Source: Antechinus flavipes
Taxonomy: Eukaryota
NCBI RefSeq assembly: GCF_016432865.1
Contig: NC_067400.1
Span: forward strand, 577,096,001-577,160,000
Direction: 5' to 3'
DNA: 64,000 nt
Part shown: positions 49,645-61,735 of the stretch, piece by piece
How the letters are laid out: every line of letters starts with the position of its first letter
Position numbering within the stretch: position 1 is the first letter of the stretch
Position numbers and translations under genes: made by a program
Notes under the pieces: generated by a model
The model's input: only the letters and a program-made list of their open reading frames with translations
The model's database searches: none
What the model was told of the DNA's origin: nothing

Positions 49645-50560
49645 GTAAGTGTGCTTGAGATTGCAGCAAAGCCAGCTTGTCCAGCTCCCAGCCTTCCCAG
49701 GTCTTGAGAATTCCTTAGCTCCCTCCAACAGCTTGGGTTGGAGGATTTGGGCTTGCTGATTTGGGAGTAGGAAGCTAGAAAGCTGGTGCACTTTCTTGTC
49801 ATGGAGTTTGTGGAAGATTTGAAAAGATAAGCAATGATAAAGTCAGAATGAATGGATGGATGCTGTGTCAGCCATAATTTTGACAGTCACCTTGTTGCTC
49901 CCATCGTGGCCCAATCAAATGCCCTGGAGTTAAGGGCTAAAGGCACACACACACCCCGCTTTAATTCCTCCCTAATGAGCTGGTCATGATGACCACAGGT
50001 ACTTATTTAGTAGGAGGATGGGAAGCAATCATACGATCTAGATTTGAGTACTGACATAGTTACTGGTCTGTGTACCTCTCAGAAGTCACCTTCTTGAGAT
50101 CTGTTTTCTCATCTGTAAAATAGCTGCTCTGTCTGCCTCACAGGACTTATTGTGGAGAAAATAGAAATGGGAACTGTTCTTATTGTCATTCATTCATCTC
50201 ATTTTCAAGGTGGTCGAGATTGGAGGGAAACAGACCTGGGATAAGTTACATTGCTGCTTTTCTTTTATATTTCATGTTCTCTGGGCTATTGCACATATGG
50301 ATAAAAGTGCTAGCACCTTTTATAATGAAATACAAGTGTTGCAATGTTAGCTTATCTTGTGTGGCCTTATTGACAGTACCTTGGGGACCGCTCAAGGAAC
50401 ACAGACGATTGGGATTTGTCCACACAATTTTGATTTATTTATACATTTGTCGAAACAAATGCTGGGAGTTTTCCCATGTCCCTCCTACTTAGGATGGGGA
50501 AGCTGGAGATTCCCTAGTTTCGTTATAATATAACCAAGGGTCTCTCTCTCTCTCTCTCAG

Positions 50561-50783
50561 ATACCATGGAGAGAAATTGCAGTCTTTTGGACAGCCTAAG
50601 AAACCACGTGGGACAAGCCTGGGGCTCATCTCCACAATCTATGATGAACCCCTTGCTCAGGACCAGGGTGACGACCTGCTTCGACGCCAGCCACCTACCA
50701 GCCTGAAGTTCCGTGCAGATATGACCTTTGTGAGAGGCTCAGACCTGGACAGCTTTTCCCACAACTCATCAGAGCCTGAATGA
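50561..50783 (+). CDS. GPATCH3: GPATCH3 exon 7 (terminal)
   Basis: (CT)n ag|(G)YHGEKLQSFG...LGLISTIYDEPL...LLRRQPPTSLKFR.DM.FVRGS...*. Protein is 527 aa without, 603 aa with both chimeric exons. Confidence 0.95.
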
Positions 50784-51259
50784 CTGGGACAGGAACTCCA
50801 CATATGGTGGCGAGAATCACAGCATCTCTCTGACTTTTCTGTTCTTGAGGCCAAAGGGAATGACTGGCTGCAGGATCCAGATTTTCCCAGAGAAGAGAAT
50901 GGCAAGAGAGAGCTGGGAACCAGTCAGCTTTCTCACTTTTCTTCCTTCCCATGTGCTACCTCAAGACTGCAATTTTATTTATTTTTTATAAAACACTGTT
51001 TCTGTTATGCTGTTCAGCTCTGGTGGTTTCTCCTTATGGATTTTAATTTCTTACTCAGTTTTGGCCTTGGTTCTTCCCCAGAACACTGGTGATAGTGTTG
51101 ACTCTGTCCCCTTCTTAGTCCTCTGAAGCAGGGTATCATTTGTCAAGACCAGGCCAGATTTTTCCTGCACATAGTGCTGGCCAGATAGGAGTGGATGCGG
51201 CAGCCTGAGCCCATTCTACTTACTAACCCTTCTGTGAAGGGCAGACAGACATACAACAG

Positions 51260-51265
51260 AATAAA
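51260..51265 (+). terminator. GPATCH3: Likely GPATCH3 polyadenylation signal
   Basis: AATAAA about 480 nt after the stop, followed by a T/GT-rich tract. Confidence 0.6.
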
Positions 51266-52559
51266 GTTTTTGTTTGTATAACCAATTTGTTTTCCATTTT
51301 CAAGGAGGGGGAACCTATTTGCCTCTCCCCGTGGTTTCTAATTAACAGCCCTCAACCCCATTTTACCTCTCATTGGATCTTAAAACAGCCACAAACAATG
51401 AGATTCCAGGATCCCAGAAAGAAAAATTCATTGAGGGTCTGGATATTACAGTAAAAAACAAATTAGTTTCTTGAAGATATTATCCAAAATAGTGTCAAAT
51501 GTTTCTCACATTGTCACATGAAATTAAATTAATGTGCTTACATTCTGTTTCAATTATAATTACTAAGTGAACCATACTGGCACTGCAACTGGCTAATGGT
51601 TCATGTATGCCAGCTTGAATAACTGGGACAAATCTAAAGTGAAATTTAATAGGGATAGATAGAGTCCTCTGCTTAAGTTACACAAATACAAAATTATGGA
51701 AGTATAGGAAGAGAGCAGCTCATGTGAAAAAGATCTTGGAAGTTGAATAAATTCAGCATTACAAATAGGCTCCATTAGGAGAAGAATCTTGCTAAACAAG
51801 TGAGGTCAAAAGGACTCTTACATTTTTTCTGGGGAACTGTGTTCCATCCCGTGCAACAGACTTTAGAAAGGATCTTGACAAGATGGGGGCCTGGACACCA
51901 CTCCATATGAGATCTGGCTGTAGGACCAGAGATAGTTTAATGTGGAAAAAAAAGAGTAGGTGGGACATAAGAACTGGTTTCATATAGGAAAAGCTTCCAG
52001 AACAATTAGCATTGTCCAGAAATAGCATGGACTACCTCTCTGCCCACTGGTCAAGGGTCTTTGGGAGGCAAATGGCACTTATGGTAGAGTTAGGAATCAA
52101 CTGATAATGTAATCAGCAAAATGAATGCTTAGCATGTGTCCTCTTCCTTTTTATTTATAATTCATATTGATAATCATTTCCCAAGAAACAAACTTCTCCA
52201 CAATAGCTCCTGACATTAAAAAATGTTTAAGGAAAACCACCTCCCATCTGTTAGGACTAATAATTCCTATTTGTTGCATTCCAAATGCCAATCCCTCTCC
52301 CCTTGGTTTCACAAGGAAAACATCCCCAATCTCCAAGTGAGTCCCCAACTGAGGCTCTGCCTTAATGAAGTATCCCAATCCTGTAACTCATAATTGCTTA
52401 AATGTTTTGCTAAAGCTTGGCAGAAATACACACCTGGCCAAACGAGAGGGCCAATTTTTCTACAAATAAAGGATGGAAGACCAAAGGCAGGAATAGGGAC
52501 TGGTCCTTCCTCTACCAGATAGTCCTTTCTGCAAAACTGAGGTACCTGGAGCATTAAGT

Positions 52560-54170
52560 GCTAAAGTGCCAGGATCCCACGACCTCTAGGTCAGAAGCTG
52601 GACTTAAAGACCAGCTATCCCATACACTATACTGCCTCTACAGACCATCTACAACAGGTGACTCCAATTTTTTTCCTCTCAATCCCTTGACCCTCTGCGA
52701 TCTGGCTTTTGACCTTATTTCAGCAAAACTGCTCTCTCCAACATTTCCCAGTGACATCTTATTTGCCAGATCCAACAGCCTTTTCTCAATCCTTATTTTC
52801 CTTTACTTTTCTGCATCCTTGATGCTGATCATTCTCTTCTCTCTAGGTTTTTGGGACATCCCTCCTAATTCTATCTTGATTAATCTTTCTCAGGGCCTTT
52901 TACTGGAATCTCACCCAGATCATATCCTCTAATAATAGGTATCCCATAGAATCCTAGGCCCTCTACTATTTCACTTCCAGCTGCCATGAGCTTAACCATC
53001 TCTATGCTGATGATTCTCAAATCTTTCCTGCCCCAGTCTCTTTGCTAACCTCCAATCTCCCATCCTCAACTGTTTCTCAGACACTTTAAACTGAGTCCAG
53101 TATACTTTTTAAACTGTGTATGCCCCAAATTAACTCATCTTTTATCCCTAAAGTCTTATTCCAATCCCCAAACTTTTCTATTACAGAGCCCAGATTCTTA
53201 AACTGTGGGTCACAATTCCATTGGGGGGAGGAGAGGTGTAAGAATATAGGGGTCAAGAAATTATGATTTATTAGTAAATATTTGATTTGCATACCTATTT
53301 TACATACTCATATATCTAAGATCACATAAAAATTTCTCAGTCCAAAAGGGATTGCAAGGAAAAAGTTTTAAGAAGCTCTGCTCTAGAAGGCAACACCATC
53401 TTCCCATGCTCGGGTTCACAACTTAGGGTCTATCCTGGATTCCTTACTGTCTCTCAATCCCCCCGCCCATATACAAGCTGTTGACAAAGCTTGTCAATTT
53501 CCCCTTTGCTGCAATTCTCAAATCTGCCCCCTCCTCGCTGACAACAGCAATCCTTCTGGCACAGATCACCTCATACCTGGACTATTGCAATAACCTATTG
53601 GTGAATCTGCCTGTCCCAATGGCGCCCCACCCATATCCATCCTTCATTCAACCACTAAAGTGATTTTTCTAAAGTGAAGGTCCAACCATATCATTCCTTC
53701 TCATACTCAATAAACTCCAGTAGTTTTCCATAATCTCCATCAAATGTAAAATCCACTTTTGTCGATCAAAGCTCTTTATAAGCTATGTCTTCCCCCTACC
53801 CCATATCTCTTGTCTTCTTAACATCCTCCCCAGTATGAACTCTTCAAACTAGTGACAAAGGCCTCCTGGCTGTTCCACAAACTAGACTTTCCATCTCTGG
53901 CCTCTCTACATTTTCTCCTCATTTCTACTTGCTGGCTTTCTTTAAAGCCAGCCATCTTCCTATGGAAATCGTTTCCAACCCTTCTGAATTCTAATGTCTT
54001 CCCTCTCAATTTTATTTCCTATTTAATCTGCATTGAATTTGTTTTCCCTACATATTTGTTCAATGTTTCTCCCAATTAGATTGTGAGCTTCTTGAGGGCA
54101 GAAACTAATTTTTTTTGCCTCTTTTATACTCCCAATGCATAGCACACCCCACTCCTGAAATATAGTAGCA
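52560..54170 (+). mobile_element. L2 LINE remnant
   Basis: Pyrimidine-rich L2 body ending agattgtgagcttcttgagggcag; interrupted by a MITE at about 53187-53380. Confidence 0.7.
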
Positions 54171-54739
54171 GCTTAATATTTACTCTGTTATCAAGATTTA
54201 TTATTTTTATAAAGAGGGCCCAAAATGCTGTCACTAAGACTCAAGATTTTAATGTAAAATTGAGAGTATGGACAGAGCTTAGTCTTATCTTTAGTGTTTA
54301 ACATTCCACTTTTATGTGTAGCACACGTGAAACTGACCCAGATTTTTGAAGATGGAAAAGGGTATAGGGTCAACACTAGATTCCGCATTTTTCCCCAAGG
54401 CTGCCTAAGCCTTGCTAGCCACATGTAAGGAGAAGCTCCTCGGACAGTTTTTTGTGGAGCACAGCAACTCAAGAGAGCATCTATCAAGCGGATATGAAAT
54501 AAAACTTACTAAAATAAATGTCCTCCATGTTAGTGGTAGGTAGTGAAGTGGATGGAGACACTGACAACCTGCAATCTGAAAGACTCATTATCTTCCAGAT
54601 TTCAAATCTAACCCAGACATTTACTAGCTGTGTGACCTTGGGCAAGTCATTTAACCCTGCCTCAGTTTCTTCATCTGTAAAATGAGGCGAACCCCTCCAG
54701 TATCTCTGCCAAGAGATTCTCAAGGGACCTGCCCAACAT

Positions 54740-55830
54740 CCAAACCCCCTCGCGCGGCTTAGCCTGAAGGAGCACTGGACCTGAATTCCCGCAGAAGCTA
54801 CGAACTTCCTACACTACATCAAGGAGCTTTACAAAGTTCTATTTATCCCCGAAGGGCACATTCTCCCCCAAACCCAAAATGGGGGAATTCGAGATTCTCT
54901 CAAAGCCCCGGGGGCCTCTCTGTGGAGCCCCGAGGCGGAGAAGGCTTGTGGCTGGTCAGAAAGCACTCACTAAAATTCTAACACCCACTCTCCCATTTAC
55001 AGGTAAAGCCCCAGAGCAACAGCAGCAAGCCGCCGGCCGCCCGCCTCCCCCGCCAGCTATTCCAACGTTCCCGCGCGCTTCCTTTAAAATGCGTCGTACG
55101 CAAACGCGCCGAAAAACAACTTCTACAGAGAAGGCGGGACTTCCGGGAGGCGCGTTCAGTTTCGAACCAACGTCGCTGACTTGGGGGGAGATCTCGAGTT
55201 GTCCAGCACGGGACGTGAGCCGTCATCGCGGCTATGGCCATGGCCACTACGGCCACGGCCGAACCCACGACTTTTGGACAAGCGGTGATCGGGCCTCCGG
55301 GCTCGGGGAAAACCACGTACTGCCTGGGCATGAGCACTTTTCTGGCGGGGTTGGGCCGGCGAGTAGCCGTGGTTAACCTAGACCCGGCCAACGAGGGCAC
55401 GCCGTACGCATGCGCCGTGGACATCGGCGAACTAGTGACGCTCCCCGACGTGATGGAGGCGCTCAAGCTGGGGCCCAACGGCGGCCTCGTGTACTGCATG
55501 GAGTACCTGGAGGCCAACCTGGACTGGCTGCGCGATCGCCTGGCGCCGCTCCGCGGCCACTACCTGCTCTTCGACTGCCCGGGCCAGGTGGAACTGTGCA
55601 CGCACCACGGCGCCTTGCGCAGCGTCTTCGCGCAGCTGGCCCGGTGGGGCTTCCGGGTGAGCCCCGCCCCGCCCCGGAAATGTGGCTCTGGCCCCGGCGG
55701 AGCACGTGCTCGAGGCTGCCGGGAGCTGCCTGCTGTGCCCTAGGGGGCGGTCTTCCCCTTCATGTGGGTCGATTATCCCTACGTGAACACTAACGTGCCT
55801 TTCTGGCGCGACTAGACCCAGCATTGCCCG
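54740..55830 (+). promoter_or_regulatory. GPN2: GPN2 CpG island/promoter
   Basis: High CpG density; E2F-like TTCCCGCGC at about 55068; GGCGGGA and ETS ACTTCCGG at about 55134-55147. Confidence 0.75.
55234..55656 (+). CDS. GPN2: GPN-loop GTPase 2, exon 1
   Basis: P-loop [17 protein letters not shown] loop GPNGG and FDCPGQVEL; donor CGG|gtgagc. A second in-frame ATG lies at 55240. Confidence 0.97.
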
Positions 55831-56935
55831 ATCTGAAACGAATTGATTGGATCAAATGATCCCTTAAGTTCCCCTTCAGCTGAGAATCCTGAGGGGCATT
55901 TCAGCCTTACTAACTTCATTTATTTTAGTCAAAGACCCTCCCGGCTCCCGAAGTTGAGCATTTTAAGGCATCTTAAGACCTAAGGTCCCTTTTGGCTGTA
56001 CTGAGCAAGTTTATGAAGTCAAATTCAGGAGGCGGGGTGTTCTCTTGGTACCCATTGGAAACTGCAGCTTTGAGCCTAGAATGTCTGCCTTTTTTTTTCC
56101 CCCAAAGTTGGTTCACATTGCCACCTGGAACGCAAGAATTTTACCGGTCCCTGCCCCCGCTCCCAGCTGTCCCTCCTCCCCAAAACCTTGTATTTACTTT
56201 GTACGTTTAAAAATTTGTTTATTTGTTCCCCTAGATAGAATGTAAACTTGTAAGTACAGGAACCGTTTCGTGCTGTTTCTGCATCTCTGGCACCTAGTAC
56301 AATGCAGGACACATTTAATAAGTCCTTGTTTTACTAACATAGTAACAAAGGCTAACAGGGAAAGTTGCTTCTCTTGGTTATATGGCTGGATTTGAAGTGG
56401 AAACTTGAATCTTCGTCCCCTTAAAGAAGCTAGGAGACAGAATACATAGAGTGCTGGATCAAGAGTCAACAAGACCTGAATTTAAATCTGCCCTCAGATA
56501 CTTACTAGCTGTACTCTATGACAGGTCGTTTTGGCAGCTCATTAAATCTTTGCCAGTTTTCTTATCTGTTAAAATAAGGCTGATAATAGCACTTCCTAAG
56601 ATTCTTGTCCACTGCGTTATTTGCAAAGTACTTTGTAAATGCTAGCTATTGTTTTTTATTAACCCAGAGTTCTTTTTAATATCCTCCACTCCAGGCAGCC
56701 TCAATGGGATGGATAAGACAAAATCCTAGCCCTTAAGAGTCCCCTGATTTAATGATTGAGACAATTCTCAGGGCTTTTCTGCTTATTCTGAGAATATTAA
56801 AATCACAAACTTTTTAAAAATCTTGGTAATCCTTATTTTTAGAAAGAAGAGATCCAAACCAATGTAAAAAAAATAGCCCTCTTGGCGTGAAGAGGCCCTG
56901 AATTGTGATCTTTCTGCCTTACTTTGTTCTCTCAG

Positions 56936-57092
56936 CTGACTGCTGCTCACCTAGTGGATTCTCACTACTGTACAGATCCGGCCAAATTCATCTCTGTGCT
57001 GTGTACTTCCCTGTCCACCATGCTGCATGTAGAACTGCCCCATGTCAACATCCTCTCCAAGATGGACCTCATTGAACAGTTTGGGAAGCTAG
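56936..57092 (+). CDS. GPN2: GPN2 exon 2
   Basis: [20 protein letters not shown]...[15 protein letters not shown]|gtaagg; 157 nt. Confidence 0.96.
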
Positions 57093-58582
57093 GTAAGGGT
57101 TTGTGGAAATTGAAGTTTGGGAAACACAAAAGTAAAGTTTACTTGTAGGAAAATGATGACAAGTTCCAGCTAGTTTGCAGGTATATCTTGGGAGTAGAGA
57201 GCTAAGTGCATATTGAATCAAAGGGGATGTGATGAGGAGGTGACTAGAGAGTTGAAGGAGCAATTAGATTAAGCTAGAAGAGATTTCAGAGAGAAGAGAA
57301 CAGGCCCAGAGAGATTTAATTGTCCTGGCCAAAGTCTTGCCAGCAGAAAGTAGCAGAACCAGGATTTGCTCTGACTAGTGTTCTTTCTGTCCCATCCCTA
57401 TAAACTTGTTAGACAGTATTTCTAGACATCTTAGCAAATTTCTGAACTGCCATGTCTCTAGATATAGCCCTAATTGTTTAAAGGAAGGATGGTGTATAGG
57501 GGTAAAGAGCACAGGCCCAGAAATAAGGAAATGTAGGTTCTACAATGAGTACACTGTAACCTTGGACAGGTCACTTCTTAAGAATACGTTTTCTTATTCT
57601 TAAATGAAGAAACTAGACTAGATTGTCTCTTAAGATCCCCGTCTCAAATCTATGGCTCCTTGAGCTTGGAAATAGTCATGGAGTGGTGCTACCCTGGCTA
57701 CAGAGGCTACAGAATAAGGCTGGCTGCGCATGGCTTCATGTTTGACTCAGCTTAAGGGTCTGATGCAGATGTGGCTCGACCTTTAAGGCTGTACCAAACC
57801 TGGAGTTGTCAGGACTTTGAATCTGTGCCTTCAGACATAAACAAGATGGAGAAGGTCCAGAAGAGGACAATTAAGTGATCAAAAGGAAGGAAAGAATTCG
57901 TTATTGTGTGAAGACATGCTCACAGACTCAGGGAACTTGAGTTCAGAACACGTGAAGGCCAATATAAGATGTGATGGGAATGTCTGAAGGTGGTAGAGAG
58001 AGCGACACCCAGGCTCAGTGGGCAGATCCCCACTTATTTGACACAGAGAACTTTTGAAGCTTAAGGGCTGCCCTTAGAACAATGGAATAGAATTGGAGAC
58101 TGTTACTTCCCACCCAGATTAGAGGAAAGTAATCAGAGAACAGGAGTGCGCCATGCGGAGAACATGGGGTGTCAGAGCTGGCAGTGACCTTTGAGGCTAT
58201 TCAGTGCAATTGCTTATTCTGCAGAAGAGGCAACTGAGGCACAGTGGGAGAATTAATCAGAACTTTCTTACTTGTAAAATGATCATGGCTAATCACAAGA
58301 ATGACCCCTGAATTCTGAAGGATCTTCTGCCAAGCCAAGAAAGAGTCTTAAAACTAGGTACAGTCATGGTGTACCTACCTCTTCCATTCAAATGTGAGCT
58401 CCTTGCAGGAAGAAATTGGTTTTGGTTTTTCATTGTCTCTCCAGTGCTTAGCCCAGTGCCTGGCACGTTGACCAAGCAATACTCGTTGGAGCCAAAGTCT
58501 CTTCCAGCTCTAAATCTCTGACCCCTGAATGTTTGTAAATGTGTCTGTTTTCTACAGTTGGGCTTCCGCTATTCCACATTAG

Positions 58583-58930
<348 letters not shown>

Positions 58931-59328
58931 TGAGCTCTCTGTTGGTGTCAGAATCTGGCACAGGTTGGACGGAGCCTCAGACCAGAGCCAGCCCAGGATC
59001 TCCTGTTAGTGCTGGAAGAGACCTTCCAGAAATGACGGGGTGCAGCCCTCCCAGTTTGCAGAGGAGGCTGAGGAGTGGTGGGACTGGGGCTGAGGCCGAG
59101 GGAGAAAAGTTCTAGGCAGGGAGAAAACAAGTGTCAGACATAGGAAGAGGGACGGGAGGGACATGGTTCTGATGCTCTCCTGAGCTTTGTCTGGGCTGCC
59201 AAGCAGAGGGCACTGGGAGGGAAAATGAGGTACTGGGGAATGGGTGAGCTCACTGGGGTGGGAGAGGCCACTCCAGAAGGGGCGGGTCCAGTCTTTGCTC
59301 CATCTCTCCTCTCCTTTCCTCACTCCAG

Positions 59329-59459
59329 GATAAGGAAAGTGTCCAGCGGGTGCTGCAGGCAGTGGACAAAGCCAACGGCTACTGCTTTGGGGTGGCCGAG
59401 CAGCGCAGTCTGGAGGCCATGATGTCTGCGGCAGTGGGAGCTGACTTCCATTTTACCTC
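59329..59459 (+). CDS. GPN2: GPN2 exon 4
   Basis: [21 protein letters not shown]...GADFHFT(S)|gtatcctt; 131 nt. Confidence 0.95.
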
Positions 59460-60722
59460 GTATCCTTCCTTATCCCTGCCAGGGCTCTGGGCTGAATGAC
59501 TCCACCTGTGAGGGGCAGGTGGTTACCTTGACCTGTGCGCCCCAAAGGGAGAAGACTGCATGGGGGTGCAGGGCTGGGGGTTGTGCCGCAGAGGCCGGGC
59601 GGGCTTCCCCGGGGGTCGGAGAGACAGGGTCAGGAGCCCAGGAGCTGGGCACAGGGTCTGTCCTTTCAGGAGCACAATAATACACGTTTATTTCTTATAC
59701 TGCACAGAACACTGGGCCAAGTCCTAGGGGAGGGCGAGTGCGGCCAGGATAACCCTGATTCTCATAGAACTGAGGAGGGGCCCAAGCACCCACCCGAGTT
59801 AGAGAGAGAAGCCGAGCCCATGACTTCATTGATCGTCCCAGCGGGTCAGAAACTGGGCTGGGGCCAGGCCTTGCTGGCATCAAGGCCCGCTCTATCTTGC
59901 CAACATATTGTTCATGAATGAGCGGGTATATTAGAAGGTGCCAGACAAAGGGCCATGTGCATTTAAAGGGGAGGTTGTTCCAGAGCCAGGTATGACCCAG
60001 GAACTGACCCAGGAAGATGTGAGGCGAGTGCCGACAAGGGTGAGCAGCGTGAAGCCCGAGAAGGGGAGGCAGCAGGACCAGGGGATTCCTGGGGCAGCCT
60101 CGGGAGGGTTTCCTAAACTGAGGAAATGGGGCAGGAGGGCCCCTCCTGGGGCAGGAGCCTGCGTAGGAGCGCCTGGCAGGGGGTACAGGAATCGGAGGGG
60201 CCAGAGGAGGAGGGAAACAGGGTCACATGAGACAGGAGGGGAAACAGGATGGCCCCAGGTTGTGGGGTAAGTGAAACATTCCCCAGTCCCGGATGTGTGG
60301 TACGGACAGTGATGATTATCAGTCTCGAGCCAGGCAGGAGCCATCCAGGACAGACTGATGCCCCCCTGCCTCTGAGTCTGTCACGTGCCATTACTGGAAA
60401 GCCTTATTACACTGAAGCAAAGTTCATTAGTACATCGCCTGTCCCTTGTGTCCTGCTGCCCCCCTTCTCCCCCAGCCAGGGTCGCCTCTAAGCAAGGACA
60501 GGTGGCCAGTGGGTAACGTTCTGTAGCTTATGTTCCCGAAGCATCCTTCTTGGAACGCAGGAGGCTTGTGGTTCCTAAGGTTGGTTGTGGGGAACCCTTC
60601 TGTGCTTCTTTGGGGTTCTGTGCGTAGGTGGGCGGGAGCCAGATCCTGTGGGCCCCTGCTGGTGGGCTTTGGAGAGAGGGGATCCTTTGTCTGGCTAGCT
60701 TCCCTTGACCCCAGTCCCTTAG
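59460..60722 (+). other. GPN2: U12-type (minor spliceosome) GT-AG intron 4 of GPN2
   Basis: 5' splice site GTATCCTT; branch site TCCCTTGAC 60701-60709 with the A 14 nt before the end of the 3' AG; no long polypyrimidine tract. Confidence 0.88.
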
Positions 60723-60798
60723 CACGCTGGGAATCCAGGAGAAGTACCTTCAGTCACCAGAAGAGGAGGCAGAGGAACAAGAGGACATGCACTTGTAG
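60723..60798 (+). CDS. GPN2: GPN2 exon 5 (terminal)
   Basis: (S)TLGIQEKYLQSPEEEAEEQEDMHL*; spliced total 948 nt = 315 aa. Confidence 0.93.
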
Positions 60799-61717
60799 GG
60801 GTGAGAGCAGAGGCACCCCTGGATCCAGAAGAGGAGGGCTCCTGGCAGGCCGGCTCTGAGCAGGGCCAGGATCGAGGTAGCCGAGATGTCGACCCCGGAG
60901 CTGCTGTGACCCGGTGGAGCACTCGGGAGCCTCAGAAGGATGCCCCGAGGTGGGCGTAGGTGGGCACGGACCTCGGCGGTGGGCTGGCCTCAGGTTGGCT
61001 CTCAGGATTTAAATCCTGTTGGGGGGAATGGAGAACCCTGACCCCACCAGTAAGGGAGGGTCCCTTGCCATGAAAGTTCCTTTAATTAACACATGATTTG
61101 GCAATCTTCTGTTTCCTCAGCTTCTTTTGTCGAATTCTAGATAGACTGCTTCCCATTTCTCTGGCGCTCTGGAGTCCCAAGGGATTCCTCCAAGTATTCC
61201 CAGGAAGAGAGAAAGGCTGATCTTTTTTTAACCAGACTTGTTTTCCTCCAGGTAGAGAGCTCTTTCCAGGGTAGAACTGTGCCCACTGTGCCCGGGTGGT
61301 TTGGGTGCCCGGAGCTCCTCTGCGCAGGGAGAGGCTGCAGTTGGGAGCTGACCGGCGGGGGGAAAGTGCCAGGGTGCTCAGGATCCCGGGTGCCTGACCT
61401 GGCGAGGCACTTCCTGCAGCCCTCACTGGGGCTCCTGAAGCCTTTCTGGCCTGGGCGGACTCCGTGCGAGTTTGGGATCTCCGCCGTGGGAGGGAGGCCA
61501 CGGGCTCGGGGTCCCAGGGCCGGGAACAGAGCGCAGACTTTGCCAGCGACCCCGGTCCGCCTCCGTTTCGCCATCTGCAAAGTTAAGCAGTTGGACTGGA
61601 TGACCTCCGAGGGCCTCTCTGGCTTGAAACCAGTTACCCCAAGTCAGCTCCAGGGTCCGAGTCAATCTGTCCTCCATCTGGGAACAAGAACTGGGAAAGA
61701 GACGCTGTTCGCGGTGG

Positions 61718-61735
61718 TGGCCAGTAGGGGGCAGC
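61718..61735 (+). promoter_or_regulatory. CTCF motif in a GC-rich segment downstream of GPN2
   Basis: TGGCCAGTAGGGGGCAGC is a near-consensus CTCF site. Confidence 0.65.

Noticed and set aside
54879-55824. Long antisense and alternative-frame ORFs around GPN2 exon 1
   Set aside because: Shadow ORFs of a CpG island, with no recognisable protein features.
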